Notes: generated by a model not told the origin, from the letters alone. A stretch of DNA of 64,000 nucleotides from Gammaproteobacteria bacterium (GCA_038142325.1 JAYQJW010000002.1:192001-256000); one strand, 5' to 3'. Shown: positions 9,006-20,845, counted from the first letter of the stretch. Program-made: numbers and translations.

Positions 9006-10967
9006 AATTCAATGGGATCAATATCAACGTTCCAATTAACTTTATTTTTTAAGTTAGCCAAGTATAGCTCAATTTTTGAGATATTTTCTGACAAAACACT
9101 TGGGCTGTTGGAGCCTATTAGTAATTCATATAGATGTTGACTGTTTTTTTTTAATTTTTTAGATTGAGATGGACCGTATATAAAAACAGACTTCGAATTA
9201 TACATTTGTTTCAAGTCTATCAATATAGATTTGGTGTTAATTTTATTTCTAGACCACATTTGTAACAATGCAATATGACTAAATGGAGGTAAATTAACAT
9301 TCTTCCTCTGATCTAAACCAATTTCACTGAATTTCTCATAGCCTTGATTTAAAATAATCTTGAGCAGGTTATGATTTGGATTATATGTTTGAATATACAC
9401 GTTACCTTCTTCTTTTTGTCTCCCAGATCTACCTGCTACCTGTGTAATTAATTGAGCGGTTTTTTCTAGACCTCTAAAATCCGTACTATATAACCCTGCG
9501 TCTATGTTGATTATACCGACCAAATCAACATCTCTGAAGTCATGCCCTTTAACAATCATTTGTGTTCCTATAAAAATATCTATTTCATCATTATGCGCTT
9601 TATCAATAAAGTCATTGAGTTCTTTTTTTGAGGATATATTGTCACTGTCTACTCTGAGTATTCTTTTATCTGGAAATAAATTCTTTATTTTATTTTCTAT
9701 TCTCTGTGTTCCAATGCCTAATGGCATTAGTTCAGGATGATCGCAACATTTCTCTACTTGTTGTAAAGATTGTTTAAATTCGCACTTATGACAAATCAAT
9801 CTATCAATATTTTTGTGATATGTCATATAGCTATCGCATTTTAGGCATTTAACAATTGTTTTACAGTTGCTACATATAACTGAATTACTAAAACCTCTCC
9901 TGCCTAGAAATAAAATAATTTTCTTTTTTCTTTTCAAAACATCAGACATTTTATTTTGCAGAGTTCTTGTAATGCCCTCAATAGGTTGATCGATAGAACA
10001 ATCGATTATTGTTATCAGCGGCGACTTTGATTTATGAAATCTTTTGGTCAATCGGTATTCTTTATATTTATTAGAGGAAATATTATGTATGGTCTCAAAT
10101 GATGGCGTTGCACTTCCAAGTATGACAGGACATTTAAAATGTTTTGCCCTTAAAATACCAATATCTCTAGCATTGTATCTAAATAATTCATTTTGTTTAT
10201 ATGAGCTATCATGATCTTCATCTACAACAATTAAACTTAAATTATTAAATGGCAAGAAGATAGATGATCTTGTTCCTATTACTATTAATTTATTATGTGA
10301 TGAACATTCTTTCCATACTCGATATTTTTGAACTGCGGTTAGATTAGAATGATATTGCATAGGTTCAAAACCCAGATATTTTCTGAATCTATCAAATGTT
10401 TGAGGAATTAAATTAATTTCTGGAACCATAATTAAAACTTGTTTATCTTCCTTGAGAATCTGTTTACTAATATTTATGTAAAGTTCTGTTTTACCCTGAT
10501 CCAGTAACGCCTCTAATAACATTAACTTGAAATTTATGAATATCCTTATTCAAACATTTGCTTATTTTGTTTTGTTCATCGTTAAGTAAAATTTTTTCTG
10601 GATTAATTTTACTAAGGTCTTCAATTTTCTGTCTAGGCTCCTTATTTTCTTTTCTGTAGTGAGGTGTAATTGCAGTAAAAATAACTTGTCCAATCGGATG
10701 ATGGTAATAGGATGCAGCCCACTTACATGTTTTAAGCATTTCTGACGAAATTATAGGCTCGCAATCTATTAAGCGATCTATACTTTTAATTTTATAGACT
10801 TGTGACTCCTCACAATATGGTAATAAATCAATTATTACACCTATTCTTTTTGCCTTACCAAAGGGTACAGATACCCTAGATCCTGGTTTAGCCATTTTAT
10901 CAGTTATTGAATAATCAAAAGCTTTATTGACTGGAACATCCAAGACAATTTTGGCGAGTTTTTGCAT
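9002..10967 (-). CDS. priA: Primosomal protein N' (frameshift near 10495)
   Basis: GVTGSG|KTE Walker A split across frames; four CxxC zinc-knuckle positions; GTQMIVKGHDF; QVAGRSGR; probable ATG at 10967. Confidence 0.92.
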
Positions 10968-11019
10968 CAATATATTATAGACTGCTTTTTTGTGCATTTT
11001 GTTATATCTTTTAATGACT

Positions 11020-11054
11020 TTATCCACAGTTTCTGTGGATAAATCTGTGTATAA
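11020..11054. promoter_or_regulatory. Cluster of three DnaA boxes (DARS-like core)
   Basis: TTATCCACA-gtttc-TGTGGATAA-atc-TGTGTATAA; all three fit TTWTNCACA. Confidence 0.85.
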
Positions 11055-11325
11055 ATCTAAATTTAATTGATAATCATTATATTTTGTAATACCTCTCTCA
11101 TATTGTTCAATTTATAATCAAATATAAAAAAATATATAAATCATATAGATAGGGAAAAAATAACTTATTGAGATTATGTTCCTATAGATAAATAGCTGAA
11201 AATATGTCTTTATTAGTATCGTATGATACCTGTTGATAAATTCATCAAAATAGTGCATGTATCTACTTAAATTAATATAAATTTAAGAATATGAGCCAAG
11301 ATTTAATGTAAAATATAATCGGAAT

Positions 11326-11904
11326 ATGGATATTACCAAACAAATTCTTAGATTAAACTACGCTGGCCTACCAATTGAGTGGATAAGCTATCAAACAGCT
11401 GTAAAACTCTACTGCAACGAGCAGGTTACCTATGAGTGTGGGAACAGCACTTTATTGGTCAGAGGGGGTTATAGTAGGCTCACAGGAGAGCAAAGCAAAA
11501 TTGAAATTAACTCGATTATAGCAACTAAGAATTACAGTAAAGTCTCATACACTAAATATACACCACCGCTATCAAATACGACTCTATTTCAAAGGGATGC
11601 GAAAACTTGTATGTACTGCGGTGAGCAATTTCCATTTAAGAGTTTGTCAAGGGACCATATTATCCCGTTATCAAGAAATGGAGAGGATAAATGGATGAAT
11701 TCTGTTACTGCTTGCAGGAGATGCAACAATCAAAAGGGGGATAAAACACCTGAAGAAGCTAACATGCCATTAATTGCAATTCCTTTTATACCCTCTAGGA
11801 TTGAATATCTTATATTGAGAGGAAGAAAGATTTTAAGTGATCAAATGGATTTTCTGCTATCACATGTCCCGAAGTCTAGCCTTCTTCATAAAAGATTTAA
11901 ATAA
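11326..11904 (+). CDS. HNH endonuclease (McrA/HNH_5-like)
   Basis: CMYCG...SRDHIIPLSRNG..W.N.VTAC..CN..K motif. Confidence 0.9.
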   Translation: MDITKQILRLNYAGLPIEWISYQTAVKLYCNEQVTYECGNSTLLVRGGYSRLTGEQSKIEINSIIATKNYSKVSYTKYTPPLSNTTLFQRDAKTCMYCGEQFPFKSLSRDHIIPLSRNGEDKWMNSVTACRRCNNQKGDKTPEEANMPLIAIPFIPSRIEYLILRGRKILSDQMDFLLSHVPKSSLLHKRFK

Positions 11905-11916
11905 CTAGGTAAATAG

Positions 11917-12903
11917 ATGTCTAAAATCACTATATTAGTCAATCTTGGAACACCTGATCAACCATTTGAGAATGAGGTACGTATATATCTAAAAGAGTTT
12001 CTGTCAGACAAATATGTTATTAGATTACCAAGAATATTCTGGTTAACTCTTCTAAACCTAGTCATTCTCAGAACCAGACCAAAGAAAAGTGCAGCACTTT
12101 ATAGAAAGGTTTGGACAAACTGGGGATCTCCATTATTGTTTCATACATATGCACAAACCGGCTATCTTAGGATGTTATCTAAAAAGTTGAGCCTAAATCA
12201 CTATTTCGATGCTGCGATGAGATATGGTAATCCTTCAATAGAAAAAATATTATATAAATCTATCAAGAACGGCTATAACGATATAACGATACTACCTATG
12301 TTCCCTCAATATTCTACAACAACAACATTATCTATATTCGAGCTGATAAAGAATATTATTAGGAAAGATGAGGCATTTTTTAAAAATATTCAAATAAATG
12401 CTATAAAAGATTTTCATGATAATAGTCTTTATGTAAAAGCTTGCGCAAAAAAAATTAGCGATTATCAAAAAATAAAAGGTAAACCTGATAAGCTTCTATT
12501 TTCATTCCATGGCATTCCTCAATCTTATATTTGTGATGACGAGCCATATCAAACCCAATGTCTTAGAACAGCAGATTTAATAGCAGAAGAACTAAATATT
12601 TCAAAATCTGATTATGAAGTAGCCTTTCAATCCAGATTTGGTAAAGCAGAGTGGATTAAACCTTATCTTTCATCTAGACTTGAAGCTCTTCCTGCAGAGG
12701 GAATAAAAAATATTCATGTTTTTTGTCCTGGATTTTCATCAGACTGTCTTGAGACAATAGATGAAATCGGAAGAGAGTCAAAGGAAGAGTTTTTCGAGCA
12801 TGGAGGAGATTGTTTTGAGTTCATACCCTGCTTAAATAGTGAACAAATTTTTATAGAAGCATTGATGGATATTAACTCATCCAAAAAAATAAAAATTTTA
12901 TAA
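11917..12903 (+). CDS. hemH: Ferrochelatase
   Basis: NLGTP, MRYGNP, FSFHGIP, FQSRFG, DCLETIDEI. Confidence 0.95.
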   Translation: MSKITILVNLGTPDQPFENEVRIYLKEFLSDKYVIRLPRIFWLTLLNLVILRTRPKKSAALYRKVWTNWGSPLLFHTYAQTGYLRMLSKKLSLNHYFDAAMRYGNPSIEKILYKSIKNGYNDITILPMFPQYSTTTTLSIFELIKNIIRKDEAFFKNIQINAIKDFHDNSLYVKACAKKISDYQKIKGKPDKLLFSFHGIPQSYICDDEPYQTQCLRTADLIAEELNISKSDYEVAFQSRFGKAEWIKPYLSSRLEALPAEGIKNIHVFCPGFSSDCLETIDEIGRESKEEFFEHGGDCFEFIPCLNSEQIFIEALMDINSSKKIKIL

Positions 12904-14153
12904 TTTAAAAACTTTAAGTTTTCTTTTTACAGTTTTGCATTCTAGTTTGGCATATCTTGGAATACCTTTAGAATAGTTTGGATAATCCTCACCTGCTGCT
13001 AAATCACTAATATATTGATAACAGGATTTTGAGATTTCATACCCATTATTTTTTATAAAACTTTTAGGAAGTTTTTTTCTACATTTGCAACTTTACTTAG
13101 AGGTGTATGTGCAATTGTCCATTTAAACTTATTTTTAATTGAATTATTTTTAACGGTCAACATCACATCAGTTATTCCTTTTTTCGCATATATAATTCCA
13201 GATTTTCCCAGCATGTATGCTTGATCAACATCCACTTTAGAAGATATGTGCCTTGCGGATCTTTGAAGGTAATCTGATACAGCCCAATGAACCTTGTATT
13301 TAAGTTTAGATGTAATAAGACTGGATAATACTGGAGCTACACCACCTAATTGAGCATGTCCAAAGCTATCTTTAAGCCCACTATCACTCAAAAATCTGCC
13401 TTTATTTTTGATACCCTCTGATGCAACAATCACGCAATACCCATATTTTTTTATAGTGTTTTTTACTTTATCTAAAAAATCTTTCTGCTTAAATTCTATT
13501 TCCGGAAACAATATAAGATGTGGTGGATCAGATGGCTTTTCTTTTATGATTCCTGCAGATGCTGCTAGCCATCCTGCATGCCTACCCATAACTTCAAGTA
13601 TAAAGACCTTTGTTGATGTCTCAGACATCGATTTAACATCTAGTGATGCCTCTAGAGTTGATGTAGCGATGTATTTAGCTACAGAGCCAAAGCCAGGGCA
13701 ACAATGCGTAATCGGTAAATCATTATCAATAGTTTTGGGTAAACCAATACAAGTGATTGGATATTTTTTTAATTTAAAATATTTACTGATTTTATTAGTC
13801 GTATCTTGTGAGTCACCACCACCATTATAGAAAAAATAATTTATGTCATATGCTTTAAAAACTTCATATATTCTTTGAAATTCTCTTTCAGACTTTTCAA
13901 AATCTTTGAGTTTTAAACGACAAGAACCAAAAGCCCCTCCTGGTGTATGTTTAAGTAATTTTAATTCAGACCTACTTTCTTTTGAAATATCAATGAGCTC
14001 TTCTCTAAGTGCACCTAAAATGCCATTCTTACCAGCATAAAATTTATTAAAATACTTTCTGTTTTCAAAATATGCATCTATCAATCCTGATGCAGTTGCA
14101 TTTATAACTGGTGTAACTCCACCAGATTGTGCATAAAAAATATTTCCCTTCAT
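12898..14153 (-). CDS. pfp: 6-phosphofructokinase, probably PPi-dependent (frameshift near 13070)
   Basis: AQSGGVTPVIN, GGGDS, PKTIDND, EVMGRHAGW; the C-terminus continues in another frame to a stop at 12898. Confidence 0.88.
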
Positions 14154-14154
14154 A

Positions 14155-15638
14155 TCACTCAACTATTTTAATAAGACTGCCAATCACCGGTTCTCCTTTA
14201 GGATAGTGCCCATTTAGAAGTCTAAGTTTACCTTCAGCATATCTACCAAGAGGACTATTACTGGCTAAATTTTGATATGACATACCGTCTCTAAATCTGA
14301 TAACTTTCACTCTTAGTCCCTTTGAATTTTCAATTTCTTTCTTACTCATTTTATCAAAAGTATCATCAATGACTTTGGATTTATTGTCATTAGATATATC
14401 ATCTAATTTTTTGATAAAAATCCAAGCTTTAGGTTTTTTGTTTTCATCATTAATATCAAAAAAAACTGTGTATCTTGTAAAACTCTTTTCTGTCATAGAT
14501 TTAGTTTCATATAAGTAGGAATATCCTTGCATCGAACCATTATTAAGTGATTTTTGTTCCATAAGAGAATTCCTTGATAAGAAAGTAGATTTATTGATGT
14601 TTTGATCAAGATATTCTTTCGGAGTAAGACCATTCTCTATGTCATCTCTTAGTAAATTGTCTGATATCATTACTATTTCAGAATCATTATTTTTTATAAT
14701 TAATTTATCTGGAAGATTATCCAACGACCATCCTTCAGGAAATGTAAACTTTATTGCATAAAACGGATGATAGAAAACATTATATCTTACAAAACCTTCT
14801 TCATCACTAGTACCATAAGGTAAGCCATCAATCATTTTTAAAAACTCATCTTTATTTTTTTTACCTGTACGATTTTCTGTTGAGTTCATCGCTTCAATTC
14901 TATTTTCAGTTGAAGGATGTGTTGAAAATATACTATGATAGCCAGCACTAGCAGGTCGCCCTTCTTTTTTTGCAATTTCGTTTTCAAGTTCATCAGCACT
15001 CTTCATAACTTTCAAAAACTCTGCCATTGCATACTGATTGTAGCCATTGCGACCTAGATATTCTTTTGCTATGTCATCAGCCTCTGATTCATATTTTCGG
15101 CTATAACCTTTATTAACAATCTGATTAAGTAAATTAAATCCACTATTTGAGATAGAGCCACCAGGAACTTTGGATGCGGCTAAGCCAATTAGCAAATTAG
15201 TAACTTGCGCAGTACTCATACCTCTCACCGCATGTCTAGCTGTTATATGTGCTATTTCATGACTTAATACAGCAGCTAATTGAGCTTCAGTATTAAAGTG
15301 TGCCAATAGTCCTCTGTAAAAGTAAACATAACCTCCTGGTGTGGCAAATGCATTAAAGGTTGGATTGTCAATGATGGTAAATTTCCAATCAAGATCAGGT
15401 CTATGACTTGATTTAGCAATCTCTTCCCCTAGTTTGACAAAATATTTATTAAGTTCTTTATTATCCAAAACCTTATTTGTTTTAAGTATTTCCTTATGAT
15501 ACGCACGACCCATTTCAATTTCTTGTTGTTCTGTGATAGTGACAAAATCAGGCATACCAGAGACCGGTTTTTTGCACATGATGATATCAATAGCAAAATA
15601 AAAGAGAACTGTATTAATTTATTAGATAGATTGAGCAT
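14155..15638 (-). CDS. M48-family metalloprotease lipoprotein (frameshift near 15565)
   Basis: Lipobox LISSC in the upstream frame joins NPVSG...; NAFATPGG, HEIAH, YSRKYESEAD, STHP. Confidence 0.88.
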
Positions 15639-16224
15639 ATGTTGAGAAAAAATCAGAAAATTTTAATAAAGCTTTACCTCGATGACTAATTTTATGTTTA
15701 TCTTCCGAGCTTAATTCTGCTGACGTCATGTTTTTATCAGGCAGGTAAAATACTGAATCATAACCAAAACCGTTTGAACCCTTCTCTTCTTTATTAATTC
15801 TTCCACACCAACTGTCTTGTGCAATAAATGGAAATGGGTCTTCACTGTTTTTCATAAAGACAATGACACATCTATAGCATGCACCTCTATCATCATCAGG
15901 GACATCTTTAAGCTCTTCAAGTAGTTTTATATTATTCTCCTTGTTAGATGCACCAATACCAGCATATCTCGCTGACCATACTCCTGGTCTTCCATTTAAA
16001 TAGTCAACTTCTATTCCTGAATCATCTGCTATAGAAGGTAGATTTGTTGCTCTTGCAGCACTCTTTGCTTTCAAAATAGCATTTTCGACAAACGTAGTTC
16101 CAGTTTCCTCGACATCTGGAATATCAATATCATTGCAACTCAGCAACTCAACATCCAAACCAGACAATATTTGTCTAAATTCAGATATTTTCCCAGGATT
16201 TTTCGTTGCTAAAAAAATTTTCAT
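15622..16224 (-). CDS. rdgB: dITP/XTP pyrophosphatase
   Basis: MKIFLATKNPGK, ADDSG, SARY, GFGYD, SHRGKAL; probable start ATG at 16224. Confidence 0.95.
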   Translation of the reverse strand: MKIFLATKNPGKISEFRQILSGLDVELLSCNDIDIPDVEETGTTFVENAILKAKSAARATNLPSIADDSGIEVDYLNGRPGVWSARYAGIGASNKENNIKLLEELKDVPDDDRGACYRCVIVFMKNSEDPFPFIAQDSWCGRINKEEKGSNGFGYDSVFYLPDKNMTSAELSSEDKHKISHRGKALLKFSDFFSTYAQSI

Positions 16225-16282
16225 AAAACTATAAAGAGATATATTTGTTATACTATTGTAGTCTAAATAAGAAATTAAAAAA

Positions 16283-16766
16283 ATGAGCAATAAACACATA
16301 AACCAATTAGGAAATCTACACATGATTGATATCAGTAATAAAAGCATAACTGAGAGGCTGGCTAGCGCATCAGGCATAATTAAGCTTAACAGTGACGCAT
16401 TTTCATCAATTATAAACCTGGATAATAAGAAAGGTGATGTTTTGAATACTGCTAGAATTGCTGGGATTAATGCAGCGAAACAAACATCGAACCCTTATTC
16501 CTCTTGCTCATAATATTTCGATAAATTCAGTAGAAGTTGATTTTGAATTAAATGAAGTATCAAGAGAAATATATTCTACTGTAACTGTAAAATCAGAGGG
16601 TAAAACAGGCGTAGAAATAGAAGCATTGACTGCAGTTCAAATATCCTTAATGACAATCTATGACATGTGTAAATATCTAGATAGAGCTATGGAGATAACT
16701 AAAGTAAGACTTCTCACCAAAACGGGTGGAAAGTCAGGTGACTATAGTTTTAATAAAAATGATTAA
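16283..16766 (+). CDS. moaC: Cyclic pyranopterin monophosphate synthase (frameshift near 16490)
   Basis: MIDIS, KKGDVL.TARIAGI.AAKQT | LIPL.H, TGVE.EAL, TIYDMCK, KTGGKSG. Confidence 0.92.
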
Positions 16767-17557
16767 AAAAATATCATATTTTGTTATAACGATAATCATT
16801 GGATTCATTTTTTATTTTTCTTTTTTATTTGATATTAATGATTATAAAAAAGATTTAGAGAGTTTTGTTTCTAAAAAAGCCAATATTGAATTTGAAATTC
16901 GAGGTAATTTAAATCTTGATCTAGGTATTAATACAAAAATTAATGCAGAATCATTGTCCGTGAAGAAAAATAACATCCTGCTGTTGGAATCTAATAGTTT
17001 TAGTGCAATTGTCTCCTTAGGACATATTATTCGAGGAAGGTTTGATATTGATTCAATAAGCATGACTAATTCCAAACTTTATGGAATCAATATCGATGAA
17101 TCAATTGTAAAAACATATAATGCGTTAAAGGGAACTTCATACAATATAAAAAACAATAATTATTCAGCCATCAGTACTATCGAAGCTAAGGGTTATTATG
17201 AAAATGAATTATTAAACATTAAAGACATAAAAATATCTACTGATCTTTTAACTGCTAGTGGATTTGGAAGTATTAAGCCGTCAACACAAAGTTTAAATAT
17301 ATCAGCTGTATCATATATTGATGATGATGATTCAATTAAAAATAAATACGGGAAATATTTCCCAAAATATCTATCGAAAACAGAAATCCCAATGCTTATA
17401 TTTGGCACACTATAATAGTCCTGAAATCGATATAAAAATATCAGATGTTATTGCAAAAAAAATTAAAGAAGAAGTAAAAAATAAAGCTATAAAATCGATT
17501 AAAGAGAAAATAAAAGAAAAAATTCAATCAGACATAAATATTAAGCTTCCTTTCTAA
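16759..17557 (+). CDS. Short AsmA-family protein (frameshift near 17410)
   Basis: N-terminal TM followed by DINDYK..; position before mutY-yggX matches the asmA-mutY-yggX order. Confidence 0.6.
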
Positions 17558-17559
17558 GG

Positions 17560-18564
17560 ATGACATCTAAGTTTTCAGAAAACATATTAAAGTGGTATAA
17601 AGTCCATGGTAGAAAAGATTTACCTTGGAAGGTGAATGATCCTTATAAGATATGGATATCTGAAATAATGTTGCAACAAACTCAAGTTAGCACGGTAATT
17701 CCATACTATAAAAAATTTGTAAAAAAATATCCAAGTTTAGAGAGTTTATCAAAAGCAAATTATGATGATCTGATGTTATTGTGGAGTGGTTTGGGATACT
17801 ACAGAAGAATAAAAAATATTTTTCTTGCATCAAAGCTAATATCGGAGAAGTTTCATAATAAATTTCCACAAAATTATGATGATATTATCGACTTCCCGGC
17901 ATAGGAAGAACAACTGCATCAGCTATATCTACTTTTTCTGGATTCTCTAATAGAGCCATACTTGATGGAAATGTAAAAAGAATACTTCGTAGATTTTTTG
18001 ATCTCTCATCTGATGACAGTGCAATTAACAAAAAAAAGTTATGGATAAAATCTGAATCTGTCACACCAGTAAAAAAAACATCAGAATTTATACAAGGTAT
18101 GATGGATATTGGATCTTCCATATGTACAAGGAATAATCCTAAATGTAACATTTGTCCATTAACAAAAACTTAATTGTTTATATAATCCAAAAATTTCAAA
18201 TCTTCCAAATTCTAAAAATACAAATATAAATATTACTATGTATTTATTAATTATTATTAACTCTAAAAATATGATTTATCTTAAGAAAATAATTTCAGGT
18301 AAACTTTGGTTAGATTTATATGCTGGTCCATTATTTGAATCAGAGAAAGATATGTTTAATTGGAAAAATCAAAATATTAATAAATTTAAGCCAAATCATA
18401 ATTTTCAAATTATTCACAAAGTTACTAATAAGAAAATAATATTTAAATCCACCGTTTATCATTTGAAAAACGATAAAAGTATTAGTTTATCAAGTGAGAA
18501 TTGGTATAATCTACCAAACATAAATGTTGGTATCCCAAAGTTTATGGTAAAAAGTAATAGATAA
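17560..18564 (+). CDS. mutY: A/G-specific adenine glycosylase (several frameshifts)
   Basis: [41 protein letters not shown], Cys-rich FeS motif. Confidence 0.88.
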
Positions 18565-18578
18565 ATATAGGTCAGAAT

Positions 18579-18845
18579 ATGAAAAAAATCATGTGTAAAA
18601 AACTCAATAAAGAGTGCGAGGCTTTAGATTATTTACCATATCCTGGTGAGCTAGGAAAAAGAATTCAAGAAAATATATCTAAAGAAGGTTGGGAGCAATG
18701 GGTTAATCATCAAACTATGTTAATCAACGAGATGAGGTTAACACCAGTTGATCCTAAGGCAAGAAAATTTTTAGAAGAAGAAATGGAGAAATTCTTCTTT
18801 GGAGATGGATCGCAAACTCCTCAAGGTTTTGTGCCAGAAAAATAA
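18579..18845 (+). CDS. yggX: Fe(II)-trafficking / oxidative damage protection protein
   Basis: [23 protein letters not shown]. Confidence 0.95.
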   Translation: MKKIMCKKLNKECEALDYLPYPGELGKRIQENISKEGWEQWVNHQTMLINEMRLTPVDPKARKFLEEEMEKFFFGDGSQTPQGFVPEK

Positions 18846-18850
18846 CATAT

Positions 18851-18923
18851 GGCCAGGTAGCTCAGTCGGTAGAGCAGTGGACTGAAAATCCTCGTGTCGG
18901 CAGTTCGATTCTGTCCCTGGCCA
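18851..18923 (+). tRNA. tRNA-Phe(GAA), CCA not encoded
   Basis: GGCCAGGTAGCTCAGTCGGTAGAGCAGTGGACTGAAAATCCTCGTGTCGGCAGTTCGATTCTGTCCCTGGCCA cloverleaf; followed by CAA. Confidence 0.95.
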
Positions 18924-18929
18924 CAAGAA

Positions 18930-20468
18930 ATGAAAAAAAATAAAAAAAAGAACTACTGACAAAAAGCTTTAGAGAGCATCATTCTGGAAATTTAGATGTT
19001 GCTGACAAATTTATACAAATGATTCTTGAGAATGATAAATTGGATTTTGATGCAAATCATTTACACGGGACAGTTCTATCTCAAAATAAAAAATATGCTG
19101 AAGCAATAAAATTTTTTTCCATTGCTTATGAATCCAAACAGGTAACATGCGAATTATTGAATAATTATGCAATTGCACTAAGGAATTTAAAGCTTTCACT
19201 GAATGTGAAAAAATATTAAAAGAATCAATAATCACTTGATCAAAATGTTTCCTAACTCAGTTATTTGAATTTATCTAATTGTTATATTTCACAAGAAAAA
19301 AATTAGATGAGGCAATTGATACACTGTTAGAGATCTATTAATCTAGGTATTAATACTAACAAGTTGTAGAGTTGATATAGTGTCAATTTTTTATTAAATT
19401 ATCAAAATAATTACAATAAAAGCTGATTTTATTAATCTTAAAAGATAATCTGAAAATTCTTCACTAAAGATGATCCTAACCACTATTATCAAATGTGCTT
19501 TAATATTTTTCATAATATTAATGACAGAGATGGAAAATCATTAAAACTTTTCAAGCAATCTGAGAAAAATTTTTTCAGATTCAGTTCCATCAGTAACTAT
19601 GTATTAAAAATATTTCAAATAAAAATATCATTAAAACTTTGTTAAACATGAGTATGAACAAATAAGACATATTGATTCTGATGATGGATGGAATAAGAAA
19701 TATGAAAATTACTCAAGCCTTTTATGATAAATTAGAAAAACTAGCAAATATAGAACCAGATGTTTACTCTGATAATGATTATGAATTTATTTCAGACTTA
19801 CATAGAGTTAAATACAATAAACCACCATTAGTTCAAAGGAAATATTTGAATGAAGGTTTAACAAAAATCATATAGAAAAAGAGTATTGTTCATCTAATCC
19901 AGAAGTTGTAATAATTGATAACTTTCTTAACAGATGATTTTCTTAATGAACTTCAAGTTTTTTTCAGATGTTCTAATATATTTAAATATCCTTATTCAAG
20001 AGGATATATTGGTGCATTTCTTGGAAAAGGAATGGCAAATAAAGCTATATTAGAGTTTAGTCATGAACTAAAAAAATCATTTCCAAAAATATTTAAAAAT
20101 TATTATTTATCTCAAGCTTGGGCCTTTAAATATGATTCAAAACAAGAAGGTATTGGTATACATGCAGATGATGCAAAGTAAATGTCAACTTTTGGATAAC
20201 AGATGATTCTATCAAAAATATAAATAATGGAGGATTGATTATATGGAAAAAACAACCTAAATTTGATGCGAGTTTTAAAGATTTTAATTCTATTAAATCT
20301 ATGGATAAAATGAGCAAGGAAGTCAAAAATAGCGATTATATAAAAGTGCAATATAAATCTAATAGAGTAGTTATATTCAATTCAAAACTTTATCATGTTA
20401 CAGATAAAATTGATTTTAAAGATAACTATAAAGATCGAAGGGTAAATGTAACATTTCTTTATAAATGA
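18930..20468 (+). CDS. TPR-repeat plus 2OG-Fe(II) oxygenase-like protein, heavily fragmented
   Basis: TPR-like helices (FDANHLHGTVLSQ, LNNYAIAL); C-terminal QAWAFKYDS..GI.IHADDA|KVNVNFWIT...NR.VIFNSKLYH.T...RRVNVTFLY. Confidence 0.65.
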
Positions 20469-20481
20469 AAAGTTAAAGAAA

Positions 20482-20510
20482 TTGATAAAGAATGTTTAAA
20501 CCAATATAAT
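20482..20510 (+). promoter_or_regulatory. Sigma70-type promoter of hspQ
   Basis: TTGATA-17 bp-TATAAT ending 6 nt before the ATG. Confidence 0.6.
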
Positions 20511-20516
20511 AAATAT

Positions 20517-20845
20517 ATGTCAGATTTTCTTCCAAAAATGCTAAATTTAGTCTTGGTCAAATCGTATATCACTCAAAATTTAAATACAGAGGTGTAATAG
20601 TAGATGCTGATCCAAATTTTCAAGGCACTGATGAGTGGTATGAGTCTGTTGCTAAATCTAAACCCGATAAAAATAAACCTTGGTATCATGTTTTGGTACA
20701 CGGTCAAGGAAATGAAACTTATGTAGCAGAGAGCAATCTTACATCTGATGATAATATTGATCCTGTTGACCATCCTTTTGTAGATATATTCTTTTATGAA
20801 TATGACAACAGCGGTCAGTATTCACTTAAACAAACTTTTAATTAA
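20517..20845 (+). CDS. hspQ: Heat shock protein HspQ (missed by the ORF track; frameshift just after start)
   Basis: Manual translation: AKFSLGQIVYHSKFKYRGVIVDADP...KPWYHVLV...TYVAESNL...VDHP. Confidence 0.88.

Noticed and set aside
10968-11027. ORF-track N-terminal extension of priA starting at a GTG inside a DnaA box
   Set aside because: PriA-like sequence begins at ATG 10967; the extension runs over the promoter.
10980-11325. Calling this spacer oriC
   Set aside because: No dnaA, dnaN, gidA or parAB nearby, no clear DnaA-trio or 13-mer repeats, and the box geometry fits DARS better. Not formally excluded.
16225-16377. ORF-track N-terminal extensions of rdgB (also rpsU 44038-44094 and rsmD 57938-57970)
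   Set aside because: They overlap neighbouring genes or promoters; family-typical N-termini start downstream.
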